NCBI GenBank assembly: GCA_036397035.1
Contig: DASWJS010000029.1
Coordinates: forward strand, 132-64,131
Direction of reading: 5' to 3'
DNA length: 64,000 nucleotides
Source of the DNA: Actinomycetota bacterium
Lineage (GTDB): Bacteria > Actinomycetota > AC-67
Part shown: positions 51,383 to 62,803 of the stretch, in pieces
Layout of the letters: the number at the start of each line of letters is the position of its first letter
Position numbering within the stretch: the stretch's first letter is position 1
Notes under the pieces: generated by a model
Database searches by the model: none
What the model saw: only the letters and a program-made list of their open reading frames with translations
What the model was told of the DNA's origin: nothing
Translations under genes and position numbers: made by a program

Positions 51383-51982
51383 CTACTCGGCGGGGCGCAG
51401 CGCCGCGACGGCGGCTTCCAGGCGCTCCAGCCGGTCCCCGAGCGGACCGAGCAGCCGCACGGCCTCCGCGACGCCCTCCAGACCGCTCTGGACCTCGCCG
51501 ATCCTGGCCCCCAGGGCTTCGACCCGCGATCCCATCTCGTCGGTCAACGTTCCGAGGACGTCGCCCACGCCGCTCATCATGCCGTCGATGCCGGCGCGGA
51601 CTTCCGTGCGAAGCCGGCCGGCGTCGGCGTCGGTCAGCGCGCGCGCCGCGGTGTCGCGCAAGCGCTGATCGAATCCGTCGGTGAGCGAGCGGATCTCCGA
51701 GGCGGTTTCGTGCACGGCGTTCAGCGCGTCGTCGAGCCGGGCGCGCATGACGGCCATCTCGCCGGTCAGCCGCCGGACGTCGTCCTCGCGGGAACCGCTC
51801 TCGCGAGCGATGTCGATCTCGAGCGAGTCCATGCGCGCGTCGAGCGTCGTGAGCGAATCGTGGACGTTCAACTCCCCGAGGACCTCCAGCGAGGCGGATG
51901 GACGGGCCGGCTCCCCGAGGGAGACCGCAGCCGACTTCGGCGCCTTTGCGGGCGCTTTCGTCGATGCTTTCCTCGGTGCCAT
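51383..51982 (-). CDS. hypothetical coiled-coil protein (199 aa)
   Basis: ORF with heptad-like Ala/Leu/Arg/Asp-rich sequence; no SD. Confidence 0.45.
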   Translation of the reverse strand: MAPRKASTKAPAKAPKSAAVSLGEPARPSASLEVLGELNVHDSLTTLDARMDSLEIDIARESGSREDDVRRLTGEMAVMRARLDDALNAVHETASEIRSLTDGFDQRLRDTAARALTDADAGRLRTEVRAGIDGMMSGVGDVLGTLTDEMGSRVEALGARIGEVQSGLEGVAEAVRLLGPLGDRLERLEAAVAALRPAE

Positions 51983-52050
51983 GGGGAAGGATCGGCCGGA
52001 GCCGACCGTGGGAGGCTAGCCGCAGAGTGGGAAAATCGCAAACCGTGCCG

Positions 52051-53232
52051 CTACGGCACCGGCGCATCCGGCCAGGTGAGCCGTTTCGTTTCTGTGTTCG
52101 ATACGGCTTCCTGGACGAGCGCCCGGACGTCGAGCGCCGATTCCGCCCGCTGCATGTCCTGGATCCTGCCCTTGGTGACCGGACCCTTCGGCTCGAACAG
52201 CACGCACGCCTCCTGGCAGGGCGCCGACGAGACCTCGAAGGTGCCCAGCGCGCGCGCCTGGCCGATGATCTCGAGCTTGTCCAGCCCGATCAGCGGTCGC
52301 AGGACCGGGATCGGCGAGGCATCCTCGACGCACGCGAGGTTCTCCAGCGTTTGCGAAGCCACCTGTCCGAGCGCGTCGCCGGTCACGAGGGCCCGGGCGC
52401 CGTCGCGCTCGGCCAGGGCGGCTGCGATTCGCATCATCATTCGCCGGTACAGGATCGTACGCAGCGGCTCGGGACACGACGCGACGATCTCCTGCTGCGC
52501 CGGCGCGAGCGGCGCGAGATGGAGGACGGACTCGTACTGACGGCGCGTCAGGCGCTCGACGAGCTCCGTCGCGTTGCGAACGCTCGAGGCGTCGGTGAAC
52601 GGCTGGGAATGGAAGTGGACGAAGTCGCAGTGAGCGCCGCGCCGCATCATGCGCGCCGCGGCGACCGGCGAGTCGATACCCGCGGAAAGCAGCACCGACA
52701 CGCGACCGGACGTTCCGACCGGCAATCCGCCGAGTCCGGCGACGCGCTCGACGTAGACGAGCACGAGGTCGCCGACGACCTCGACATGGCACGTCCGGTC
52801 CGGATGGTCAAGGTTCACGCGCCGCCCGTGGCGCTCGAGCAGCCAGGCGCCCAGCTTCTCGTTGATCTCGCGCGCGCTCAGGGGGAAATCGCTGTGGGCC
52901 ACGCGCGCCCGCACGGCAAAGGTCTCGTAGGCCCCCTCCATCGCCTCGCCCGCGATCGCGCAGAGCCCGTCGAAGTCGAGCCTTCCCCCCACCGCGGCGG
53001 CGCAGTTCGCCACGCCGTAGACCTCGCCGAGCCGCTCGGCCAGATCGGCGGCGCGCACGCCGTCGGGGACAGCGACGAGCATTCGTCCCGGCAGACGCCG
53101 CGGAACGAGCGGCGCGACGTCCGACGCGGCTCGAACGAGGTTGTCGATCAGCGCTCGTTCGAAGTGCGAGCGATTCCGGCCCTTCAGCCCGATCTCGTCG
53201 TAGTGGACGACGACGTGTTCGCGGCGCGCCAT
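52051..53232 (-). CDS. thiI: tRNA 4-thiouridine(8) synthase (tRNA sulfurtransferase)
   Basis: THUMP region plus PP-loop SAGIDSPVAA; internal ATG chosen (MARREHVVVHYDEIGLKG). Confidence 0.85.
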   Translation of the reverse strand: MARREHVVVHYDEIGLKGRNRSHFERALIDNLVRAASDVAPLVPRRLPGRMLVAVPDGVRAADLAERLGEVYGVANCAAAVGGRLDFDGLCAIAGEAMEGAYETFAVRARVAHSDFPLSAREINEKLGAWLLERHGRRVNLDHPDRTCHVEVVGDLVLVYVERVAGLGGLPVGTSGRVSVLLSAGIDSPVAAARMMRRGAHCDFVHFHSQPFTDASSVRNATELVERLTRRQYESVLHLAPLAPAQQEIVASCPEPLRTILYRRMMMRIAAALAERDGARALVTGDALGQVASQTLENLACVEDASPIPVLRPLIGLDKLEIIGQARALGTFEVSSAPCQEACVLFEPKGPVTKGRIQDMQRAESALDVRALVQEAVSNTETKRLTWPDAPVP

Positions 53233-53242
53233 GCCAGAAACG

Positions 53243-54427
53243 CTAGAGGGCGCACTCGCCGGTGTCCACCGGTCTCGTGCGGTTGCCGGCCGACCGAAGC
53301 GCCCGTTCGATCTCGGTTTCGGCGAGAGCATAGGACTCCTCGTCGTTTTGAGCCGACGCGGCGAACACCACCCCGCGCACGTGGCCGTCGACGTCCACGA
53401 AGGGCCCGCCCGAGTTCCCCTGGTGTACCGAGGCCCGCAGCACGTAGATGTCCCGCCTGACCTGACGGCGCGAGTAGATGTCCCGGCCGATCGCCTCGGT
53501 GCGCCCGCGGACCCGCGCGACGGAGATGGTCCGGTCGCCGCCCCCCGGATAGCCGATCGCGGCGCCGTCGGTGCCGCGCGGCGCTTCGGCGCCGTCCACG
53601 CGCAAGCGTCCGCCGGTCATCGACGGGACGTAGAGCACCGCGATGTCGACGTCGGTGTCCATGAACACGACGCGGGCGGGGAACGAGTCGCCGCCGGCGT
53701 CCTGGGCCTGGCGCACGACCGTGTCGGTCGTGCCGGCCACGACGTGCGCGGCGGTGATGACGGTGTCGCCGTCGACGGGGAATCCCGAGCCGTTGACGAC
53801 CCCGTCGCATCCGTGCCCCTCGATCTTGTAGGTGAGCCGAGCCGCCGCGCGGACCTCGCGGTCGCGCGCCAAGCGGGCCGGCGGTCTCTCGACGCCGGGC
53901 GCGAGCGACGGGTTCAGGCTCTCGAAGACCTCGGGGAAGCCCGTCCTGCTGAGAAGGTTGCCGATCGTGGCGACGAAGTCCGGCGGCGAGTGGAGCAGGG
54001 CGTGCGTGCCGCGGATGATGGCCGAGTCGCGGACCGAAGCGCCCAGCTCCGGCACCTGCTTGACCGCGCCGCTCATCATCCACGCGAGCACGAGCGTCAC
54101 GAGCGCCGCCACCCCGGCGCCGAGGAGCGCGTCGGCCTTGCGGACGCGATCGTGCTTGATCCGCTTGGTCAGCCGGTAGCCGCCGTAGGCGATGATCCCC
54201 TCGACGATGAACGCCGTCCCGAGGAAGACCGACAGCGACAGCACGGCCTTGCTGGTCGGCGTCCCGGGATCGACCAGACCGATGATCGGAGTCGTGAGCG
54301 CCGCCCCAACGATGATGCCGAGCAGGAAGCCGCCCCAGGAGAACACCTGCAGGATCACGCCTCGACGGAACCCCGTGAACAGCGCGAGCCCGATGGTCGC
54401 GAGGATGAGGGCGTCGACCCAGTTCAA
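53243..54427 (-). CDS. marP: CvpA-family membrane domain fused to S1 (trypsin-like) serine protease, MarP/Rv3671c-like
   Basis: Four N-terminal TM helices; HVVAG...GNSGGP catalytic motifs. Confidence 0.8.
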   Translation of the reverse strand: MNWVDALILATIGLALFTGFRRGVILQVFSWGGFLLGIIVGAALTTPIIGLVDPGTPTSKAVLSLSVFLGTAFIVEGIIAYGGYRLTKRIKHDRVRKADALLGAGVAALVTLVLAWMMSGAVKQVPELGASVRDSAIIRGTHALLHSPPDFVATIGNLLSRTGFPEVFESLNPSLAPGVERPPARLARDREVRAAARLTYKIEGHGCDGVVNGSGFPVDGDTVITAAHVVAGTTDTVVRQAQDAGGDSFPARVVFMDTDVDIAVLYVPSMTGGRLRVDGAEAPRGTDGAAIGYPGGGDRTISVARVRGRTEAIGRDIYSRRQVRRDIYVLRASVHQGNSGGPFVDVDGHVRGVVFAASAQNDEESYALAETEIERALRSAGNRTRPVDTGECAL

Positions 54428-54430
54428 CGT

Positions 54431-54934
54431 CTACGCCGGCTCGGGACGCCCCGGCTGCGCCTCGGGATGGTGCGAGCGCTTGGGAACCATCACCTTGCGC
54501 CGGAAGTAGAGCACCTCGGCGCCGTCCTGGTTGATCCCGCGCGTCTCGACGGTCACGACGCCTCGGTCCGGCTTGGACGAGGACTCGCGCTTGTCCAGCA
54601 CCGCGGTCTGCGCGTACAGCGTGTCGCCGTGGAAGAACGGCGCCTTGTGCTGGAGCGACTCCACCTCCAGGTTCGCGATCGCGCGCCCGCTGACGTCCGG
54701 GACGCTCATCCCCAGCGCGACCGAGTACACCAGGTTGCCCACGACCACGTTGCGCTTGAACTGCGTCTGCGTCTCGGCGTAGTGCGCATTCGTATGGAGC
54801 GGATGGTGGTTCATCGTGATCATGCAGAACAAGTGATCGTCGTACTCGGTGATCGTCTTGCCCGGCCAGTGCTTGTAGACGTCGCCGACTTCGAAGTCTT
54901 CGAAGAAGCGGCCGAACTCGCGCGCTTCGCCCAT
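54431..54934 (-). CDS. MaoC-family dehydratase (hot-dog fold)
   Basis: FEDFEVGDVYKH...NHHPLH pattern. Confidence 0.75.
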   Translation of the reverse strand: MGEAREFGRFFEDFEVGDVYKHWPGKTITEYDDHLFCMITMNHHPLHTNAHYAETQTQFKRNVVVGNLVYSVALGMSVPDVSGRAIANLEVESLQHKAPFFHGDTLYAQTAVLDKRESSSKPDRGVVTVETRGINQDGAEVLYFRRKVMVPKRSHHPEAQPGRPEPA

Positions 54935-54947
54935 CGTTCCCCTCTCT

Positions 54948-55613
54948 TCAGCGAATCAGCGGGAACCGTGTGGCGAGCGGCCCGAGATAGCTCGTTTCCT
55001 CGTCGGTGAGCGCTGCCCGGCCGGTTCCCGTGAGGACGAAGCGTACATCGTCCATGCCGATCGGACGCAGATCCGTCCCGAGCAGCCCGCGAAGGACGTC
55101 CGCAGTGATCGCGAGCGCCCTGGCGTCCGGATGCGCCGCGTGGCCGATCGCCTCGTCCATGTCCATGTGGTGAACGGTCACCTCGAGGACGCGAGTGCGC
55201 ACGTACTCCTCGATCCGCATCGTGCCGAAGGGCGTCGGGTGGACCGATTCGGGGCGGGAGGCGCGAGCGGCGCGGAGCGCGCGCGACCACTGCTCGTCCC
55301 AGAACGCGACGACCGCAGGACCGTCGCCGATCTCCTCGGCGTAGTCGGCTGCCCGAGCGGCAATCGCGGGGGCCTCCGCCTCGAGGTCGACCTGGAAGTA
55401 GGTGACGCCGTCCTTCTCAGGCTCGTCGTCGATCGCGTCGGCGGCGATCATCTCCCGGATCCGCACGGCGCCGCGGGCCATATGCGCGACCAGCTCGCGG
55501 ACGGTCCACGGCTCGCAGCGCGTCGGCGCGCCCCAACTCGCGCGCGACAACTTGCGCAACGCGGCGCCGACGGCGCCGACCTCACGCGCCAGCGCTTCCA
55601 CGACGACCGACAT
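54948..55613 (-). CDS. maleylpyruvate isomerase N-terminal domain protein (mycothiol-dependent enzyme / DinB-like family)
   Basis: WTVRELVAHM motif typical of MDMPI_N/TIGR03083. Confidence 0.65.
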   Translation of the reverse strand: MSVVVEALAREVGAVGAALRKLSRASWGAPTRCEPWTVRELVAHMARGAVRIREMIAADAIDDEPEKDGVTYFQVDLEAEAPAIAARAADYAEEIGDGPAVVAFWDEQWSRALRAARASRPESVHPTPFGTMRIEEYVRTRVLEVTVHHMDMDEAIGHAAHPDARALAITADVLRGLLGTDLRPIGMDDVRFVLTGTGRAALTDEETSYLGPLATRFPLIR

Positions 55614-55633
55614 GGCGCGAGCCTAGTACGGCG

Positions 55634-56806
55634 TCAGATCGCGTACTTTTTCAGCAGGTTTCGAGCGATCACCATCTTCTGGATCTCGCTCGTTCCCTCG
55701 CCGATCAGGAAGAACGGCGCGTCGCGGAACAGGCGCTCGACCGTGTACTCCTTGGAGTAGCCGTACCCGCCGTGAATGCGCAGCGCCTCGGTGCAGACCT
55801 CCATGCACGCCTCCGAAGCGAAGAGCTTCGCCATCCCGGCCTGGAGGTCGGTGCGCTCGCCCTCGTCCTTCATCACGGCGGCTTGGAGCATGAGCAACCG
55901 CGCGGCCTCGATCTTGGTCGCCATGTCCGAGAGCTTGAACGCGATCGCCTGGTGCTGGGCGATGGGCTTGCCGAACGTCGTGCGCTCCTGCGCGTAACGA
56001 ATCGCCTCCTCGAACGCGCGCGTCGCGACGCCGAGCGCCCGAGCCGCCACGTTCACGCGCCCGACCTCGATGCCCCCCATGTTGTGGATGAACCCCTGTC
56101 CCTCTTCACCGCCGAGCAGGTCGGCCGCGGCGACGCGATGGTCGTCGAAGGCGATCTCGACGGTCTCGAGGCCCTTGTAGCCGAGCTTGGGGATGTTCTT
56201 GCCGACGATCACGCCGCCGGAGCGCTCGGCCTCGGGCTCCTTTTCGACGATGAACATCGTCATGCCCTTGAACGGCGGGTCGGTGTCGGCGGTCTTGGTC
56301 AGCACCATGCAGATGCCCGCGCGCGAACCGTTCGTCACCCACATCTTCTGGCCGTTGATGACGTAATCGTCGCCGTCGCGGACCGCACGCGTCTTGATCG
56401 CCTGCACGTCGCTGCCGGCGTGCGGCTCGGACATCAGCAACGCGGCGCGCGGGTTGCCGGTGACCATGCGCGGGAGGTAGCGCTGCTTCTGATCGTCGGT
56501 GCCGTAGCTCTTGATGAGGTAGGTCGCCATCGTATGCGTGTTCAGGATCCCCGACAGCGACATCCAGCCGCGCGCCAGCTCGGTCACGACGAGCGCGTAG
56601 ACGGTGAGCGGGAGCCCGAGGCCGCCGTACTCCTCGGGCACCATCATCCCGAACAGACCCATCTCCTTCATCTGCTCGACGATCTTCTCGGGATAGGCGT
56701 CCTCGCGTTCGAGGTCGTCGGCGATCGGGATGACCTCGCGCTCGACGAACTCGCGGATCGTGTCCACGACCATCTGGTGCTCCTCGGGCAACTGGAATAG
56801 CGGCAT
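55634..56806 (-). CDS. acyl-CoA dehydrogenase
   Basis: CAGGAGGAC RBS; 390 aa; ACAD motifs ...GGYGYSKEY... Confidence 0.9.
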   Translation of the reverse strand: MPLFQLPEEHQMVVDTIREFVEREVIPIADDLEREDAYPEKIVEQMKEMGLFGMMVPEEYGGLGLPLTVYALVVTELARGWMSLSGILNTHTMATYLIKSYGTDDQKQRYLPRMVTGNPRAALLMSEPHAGSDVQAIKTRAVRDGDDYVINGQKMWVTNGSRAGICMVLTKTADTDPPFKGMTMFIVEKEPEAERSGGVIVGKNIPKLGYKGLETVEIAFDDHRVAAADLLGGEEGQGFIHNMGGIEVGRVNVAARALGVATRAFEEAIRYAQERTTFGKPIAQHQAIAFKLSDMATKIEAARLLMLQAAVMKDEGERTDLQAGMAKLFASEACMEVCTEALRIHGGYGYSKEYTVERLFRDAPFFLIGEGTSEIQKMVIARNLLKKYAI

Positions 56807-56910
56807 GGCGTCCTCCTGTGTCAACGGTATGAAACACGCCGCGCGCGGCCGGGTCGAATCGGGTCGCGCGGGGCGGCCCCGCACCGTGTGGCGGCGCGCC
56901 CGCGCCCGGT

Positions 56911-57246
56911 CTATTCGTCGCCGATCCGGTGCAGGTTCATGCCTCCGAACACGAAGGGCTCGGCGGGCTGGAAGGCGTCGGCCAGCTCGTTGTAGGCCTT
57001 GAACGCGGGGTGGCTGTCGTGCTCGTGATGACCGTCCATGTCCTCGAACTCCGCGACGACCAGATATTGCTTGCAGCCCGGCGTCTCCTGCGTGCTGATC
57101 GCGAGCGGCGTGAGCGACGCGCGCAGCAGGACACCGTTCTCGAACAGCTCGCGCCACACGCCCAGCTCGTGCTCCGCGAACAGCTCCTCGAACTCCGCCG
57201 CCCGCTCGGCGTCGATGTTCAGAACGATTGCATTCGTCTGCGTCAT
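56911..57246 (-). CDS. hypothetical protein (111 aa)
   Basis: AAGGAG RBS; ATGA overlap with the upstream gene. Confidence 0.5.
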   Translation of the reverse strand: MTQTNAIVLNIDAERAAEFEELFAEHELGVWRELFENGVLLRASLTPLAISTQETPGCKQYLVVAEFEDMDGHHEHDSHPAFKAYNELADAFQPAEPFVFGGMNLHRIGDE

Positions 57247-58439
57247 GGCAACTCCTTGAACGGTCCTGCGATCTCATAGGTGATGCCCGATCCGGTTCCG
57301 CCACGCTGCGAGGAGAGGTACAGGCGCGTCCCGTCGGGACTGAACGCGGGCCCGGTGATCTCCGAGCCGTCCTGGCCGGTCACCCCGAGGAAGGCCGACA
57401 CCTCGCCGCCCGGCTCGATCCGAACGAGCTGCATGTCGCCTCCGTCCTCGGCGACGTACAAGTCGCCGTTGGCGGCGGCGGTGACGTTGTCGACGCCGCG
57501 CAGGATCGGGTCCGCGGCGGTTGCCGCGTCGTACAGGACGCCGACCGTGCCGCCCACGCAGTCGTAGTCCCAGACGCGGTTGTCGCCCTTCGTCGTGAAG
57601 TACACGTGCCCGCCGGCGTACCAGGCGCCCTCGCCGCCGTTGAACGCGGTGCTCGCCGAGACCTGCGCTCGGGTCGGCGTCTCTCCCGCCGCGGGGTTCG
57701 GAGCGGGCACCGGTCGCCACGAGACGCTCCCGCCGGCTCCGACCCGAGCGACGTCGAGCGCACCGTCGCTCAGGTCGCCGGCGGCGGTCGGCGTGAAGCG
57801 ATAGAAGCGTCCGTCGCCGCGATCCTCGGTCATGTACACGTGCCCGCGCTCGACGTCGACCGCTGCGGCCTCGTGCACGAAGAAGCCGAGCGCAGGACGC
57901 TCGATCGCCTCCCGCCGGCCGAGCGGGTCGCACTCGAAGACGCGCCCGCCTTCCAGCTCCTCGCACGACAGCCAGGTTCCCCACGGCGTCGGGCCGCCCG
58001 CGCAGTTGCGGTTCGTCCCGCCGAGGACCCGCTGCGCCGAGACGATCTCGCCGGCGGCGTTGAAGCGGACCGATCCCGCGCCGCCGGCGCCGGAGACCTC
58101 GCTGTTGGAGACGTAGATCCATCCGCCGTCGGCGAGCGCGAAGGTCGCGCCGCCGTCGGGAGCCGCGTGCCAGACGTACCCGGCCAGCGCGGCGCCGCTC
58201 GTCGCGATCACGCGCGAGGAGAACCCGCGCGGGAGCCTGATTCCGTTCGCGTCCGGGTCGCCGAGCGGGCCGTACCCGACGGGTCTTGCTCGCCCGCTTC
58301 GGACGCCGTCGACGTCTCGGTGGCGAACGCCGCCGTCCCCGGCGTCGCGGCCGGACTGAGCCAGCTTCAGCGCGACCGGCGTGAGCGCGAACCCTGCGGC
58401 CGCGATCGCCGACCCTCGGAGAAAGGCGCGCCGGTCCAC
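57243..58439 (-). CDS. Tat-secreted beta-propeller protein (DUF839 / PhoX-like)
   Basis: Twin-arginine signal MDRRAFLRGSAIAAAGFAL; Gly/Asp-rich propeller-like repeats; GTG start. Confidence 0.6.
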   Translation of the reverse strand: MDRRAFLRGSAIAAAGFALTPVALKLAQSGRDAGDGGVRHRDVDGVRSGRARPVGYGPLGDPDANGIRLPRGFSSRVIATSGAALAGYVWHAAPDGGATFALADGGWIYVSNSEVSGAGGAGSVRFNAAGEIVSAQRVLGGTNRNCAGGPTPWGTWLSCEELEGGRVFECDPLGRREAIERPALGFFVHEAAAVDVERGHVYMTEDRGDGRFYRFTPTAAGDLSDGALDVARVGAGGSVSWRPVPAPNPAAGETPTRAQVSASTAFNGGEGAWYAGGHVYFTTKGDNRVWDYDCVGGTVGVLYDAATAADPILRGVDNVTAAANGDLYVAEDGGDMQLVRIEPGGEVSAFLGVTGQDGSEITGPAFSPDGTRLYLSSQRGGTGSGITYEIAGPFKELP

Positions 58440-58482
58440 CGAGCCATCATGCGCGGCGGCGTTCGCGCCGGCAACCCGCGCC

Positions 58483-59427
58483 CTACTCGGTTGCCAGGAA
58501 GTCCTCGACCTTCTTCTGGCGAGCCATCCCGGCGGCGCGGCCGCGCGCGGCGACCTGCTCGGCCATCTTGCGGCTCGCCTCGTCGATCATCTCCTTGCCG
58601 AACATGACCGCGCCCTTGCGCTCGACCTCGGTCACGTAGGCGTAGTGCTCGAGCATCGCCTCGGCCTTGTCGAACTCCTCCTGCGTCGGGCTGAAGACTT
58701 CGTTCAGCACGTCGACCTGCGTCGGGTGCAGCGCCCACTTGCCGTCGTAGCCGAGCGCGCGCGCGCGCATCGCGGCCTCGCGGAAGCCGTCGAGGTCGCG
58801 GATCAGCAGGTACGGCCCGTCGATCACCTGGAGGTTGTTCGCGCGCGCGGCGATGTTGATGTGCGTCAGCACGTAGTGCCAGTGGTCGAGGTTCTCGTAG
58901 CCGGGGATCGGCGCGCCGGCGGTGACGGTCGGCAGGCCGAGCGAGGCGCTCATGTCGGCCGGCCCCAGGATCAGGTCCTCGATCCGGTCCGACGCCGTCG
59001 CGATGTCGTGGATGTTCTTCAGCCCGATCGCCGTCTCGATCTGCACCTCGAGGCCGAGGCGCTTCTCCAGGCCCGTCGTCTCCTCGATCATGCGCAGCAA
59101 GTCGGCGACGAAGGTCACGTCGTTCGGCGTCTCGACCTTCGGGATCATGATGGCGTCGAACAGCTCGCCGGCGTTCTCGACCAGCTCGATGATGTCGCGG
59201 TAGGCCCACTTGGTGTACACGCCGTTGATGCGCACGACCTTGGTCGGGGCCTCGTAGGTGTTGTTCTTGAGCGCCTCGATGATGTTCCCGCGCGCGGCTT
59301 CCTTTTCCAGCGGCGCGACCGAGTCCTCGAGGTCGAAGAAGACCTCGTCGGCCGGCAGGCCGGCGGCCTTGGCCAGGAACTTCGGGCTCGATCCCGGGAC
59401 GGACAGACACGAACGGCGTGCTCTCAC
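58483..59427 (-). CDS. citE: HpcH/HpaI aldolase / citrate lyase beta-subunit-like (malyl-CoA lyase family)
   Basis: SVPGSSPKFLAKA...FDLEDSVAP CitE N-terminal pattern; GTG start. Confidence 0.8.
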   Translation of the reverse strand: MRARRSCLSVPGSSPKFLAKAAGLPADEVFFDLEDSVAPLEKEAARGNIIEALKNNTYEAPTKVVRINGVYTKWAYRDIIELVENAGELFDAIMIPKVETPNDVTFVADLLRMIEETTGLEKRLGLEVQIETAIGLKNIHDIATASDRIEDLILGPADMSASLGLPTVTAGAPIPGYENLDHWHYVLTHINIAARANNLQVIDGPYLLIRDLDGFREAAMRARALGYDGKWALHPTQVDVLNEVFSPTQEEFDKAEAMLEHYAYVTEVERKGAVMFGKEMIDEASRKMAEQVAARGRAAGMARQKKVEDFLATE

Positions 59428-59494
59428 GGCAGCTCCTTGGGTCGCGATTACCCGCGAAGTATTGCCAGGCTCGCGCGGCCGGGCAAACCGGGGA

Positions 59495-60886
<1,392 letters not shown>

Positions 60887-60986
60887 GGGAACGGCATCCT
60901 AGTGCGACCGATCGTTCGCGTCAGGGAGCAACACGAGCCGACATGGAAGAAGCCCGCCGAAAGCGGGCCTCTTCCATGTCGCCGGC

Positions 60987-62261
60987 CTAGAGGCCGAGCG
61001 CCGGAATCCAGCCCCCGAGGCTCGCGGGAGCCTCCGGGAAGTTCAGCTCGGGAGCAGGCCACGTCCTCCAGTCGGCTTGGCTCCGCGTGCCGTCGATCCC
61101 GGCGGTCTGCGCGACCAGCTCGAACTCCACGCGGGGGTCGCCGCCCGGCGCGGTCACCGGCGCGCCGCAGTCGAAGATCGACTCGATCATCGGCGGAGCG
61201 GTCTGTCCCGTGGGGTTGTTGTCCGCCCAGCAGTTGCCCGGGCCGGAGCCCGCACCCTGCGCGAGGTCGTAGCCGTCGGGCGGGCTGACGATCGCGTTGC
61301 CCCAGATCGTGTTGCCGCTCGGAATCCAGACGTTGCCGTTGTCCTCGGGCAGCGGCACCACGAGGATGCCGACCCGCTGCGCGCCGCTGATGGCGTTGCC
61401 GTAGACCGAGTTGCCGCTCGTGCCGGCGAGGGCGATCCCGACGCCGTAGTACGTGCCGCCGATCCCGTCGCCGGGCACGTCCGCGCGCGTTCCTGTGATC
61501 GTGTTGTGGTGAATGGTCGCGCCGCGTTGCGGCGGTCGCGCCTCGCCGATCAGCGAGTTCGGCACGATCCCGAGCGCGTTGTCGTTCCAGGCCGAGTCGC
61601 GGATCTCCAGGTTCCCGCCGGCGTTGGTGCCCGAGTAGCCCAGCGCGTTCTCCTCGGCGACAACGTCGTGGATCACGGCGTCGCACGGATAGCACTCGCC
61701 GATGTAGAAGGCCGAGTCGGCGTTGCCGCTGCCGTAGGAGTTGTCGATCTGCCCGCACCGGGCGTCGTAGGCGTAGATGCCGTAGCCGTGGTTGTTGTAC
61801 GCGGTCAGGTAGCGGCCCCAGTACCCGGTCTGGTGCGCGAACCGGAAGGCGGTGCCGGTGTAGTTGTGGCCGGTCATGTTCTCGAGGACGATGCGGTCGG
61901 CGAGCGCGTTCAACCCGACGTCCTTCTCGCTGTCACCGTCGAGGATCACGCCGTTGCGGTGCTCGCCGCGGATGCGAAGGCCGGGCGTGTGGATCTCGAC
62001 GGCTTCGTGGTAGGTGCCGTCCTTGATCAGGATCGTGTCGCCTTCGCCGGCGGCGGCGACTGCCGCTCCGATCGTGGTGAAGTCCGCACCGCCGTCGTCG
62101 TCGACGGTCAGCGTGACGCCGGAGCTGCCCGGAACGATCGCGTCCCCGATGTGACATGAGGTCGTCCGGAATCCGGCGCCGTGGTCGCCCCCTTCGGCAT
62201 GACCGGCGAACGGCGCCATGGCGGTCGCCACGGCAACGAGTGAGACGAGTAGCTTCTTCAT
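60987..62261 (-). CDS. secreted right-handed parallel beta-helix repeat protein (pectin-lyase fold / NosD-like)
   Basis: Signal peptide; repeated G-N-x-I/V-x-G-N beta-helix turns; GGGGGAA RBS. Confidence 0.65.
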   Translation of the reverse strand: MKKLLVSLVAVATAMAPFAGHAEGGDHGAGFRTTSCHIGDAIVPGSSGVTLTVDDDGGADFTTIGAAVAAAGEGDTILIKDGTYHEAVEIHTPGLRIRGEHRNGVILDGDSEKDVGLNALADRIVLENMTGHNYTGTAFRFAHQTGYWGRYLTAYNNHGYGIYAYDARCGQIDNSYGSGNADSAFYIGECYPCDAVIHDVVAEENALGYSGTNAGGNLEIRDSAWNDNALGIVPNSLIGEARPPQRGATIHHNTITGTRADVPGDGIGGTYYGVGIALAGTSGNSVYGNAISGAQRVGILVVPLPEDNGNVWIPSGNTIWGNAIVSPPDGYDLAQGAGSGPGNCWADNNPTGQTAPPMIESIFDCGAPVTAPGGDPRVEFELVAQTAGIDGTRSQADWRTWPAPELNFPEAPASLGGWIPALGL

Positions 62262-62269
62262 CGTTCCCC

Positions 62270-62680
62270 CTACTGGATGGTCAAGGTGCCGCGCATGAAC
62301 AGGTGGAGCGTGCAGGTGAATTGGTAGTCCCCGACCGGCAACTGACTGGTCGGCAGAATCGTGTACTCACGCGTTCCGATGGTGTCCCCGTGGAACAGGA
62401 AGGTGTGTTCGGTCGGGTCGCTCGGGTCGTAAACCGAGAAGTTGTGTGACTCGACGTCTCGATTGACGTGGATTGCGTCGTAGCCCTCGGCGACGACGAG
62501 CGGCACGACGGCGAGGTCGTAGGCGAACTGGCTCACCGCCACGCGCTGCGGATCGTCGTCCCCGGGCGTCCACTGCCCGGCGCTCGACTGGACGACGGCA
62601 AGCGGCGTCGCGGCGACGGAGCCCGCCGGCGCCGCAGCGACGGCCGCGAGCGCGAGCACGCCGAGCAGGCGGCGATTCAC
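62270..62680 (-). CDS. secreted cupredoxin (blue copper protein, plastocyanin/azurin-like)
   Basis: Signal peptide; type-1 Cu ligands in HNFSV...CTLHLFM (H..C..H..M); GTG start. Confidence 0.7.
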   Translation of the reverse strand: MNRRLLGVLALAAVAAAPAGSVAATPLAVVQSSAGQWTPGDDDPQRVAVSQFAYDLAVVPLVVAEGYDAIHVNRDVESHNFSVYDPSDPTEHTFLFHGDTIGTREYTILPTSQLPVGDYQFTCTLHLFMRGTLTIQ

Positions 62681-62803
62681 GTCGGCTTCCCTTCTCCAGG
62701 ATCGGTCGTTCAGGACACCCGTCTGGAGTGGATTCGGCGCGCGAGCAGGTGAATCCTGCCCGTCCGATCGGTCGGAAGCTCTCCGGGTTGACCCGTTACG
62801 CCG

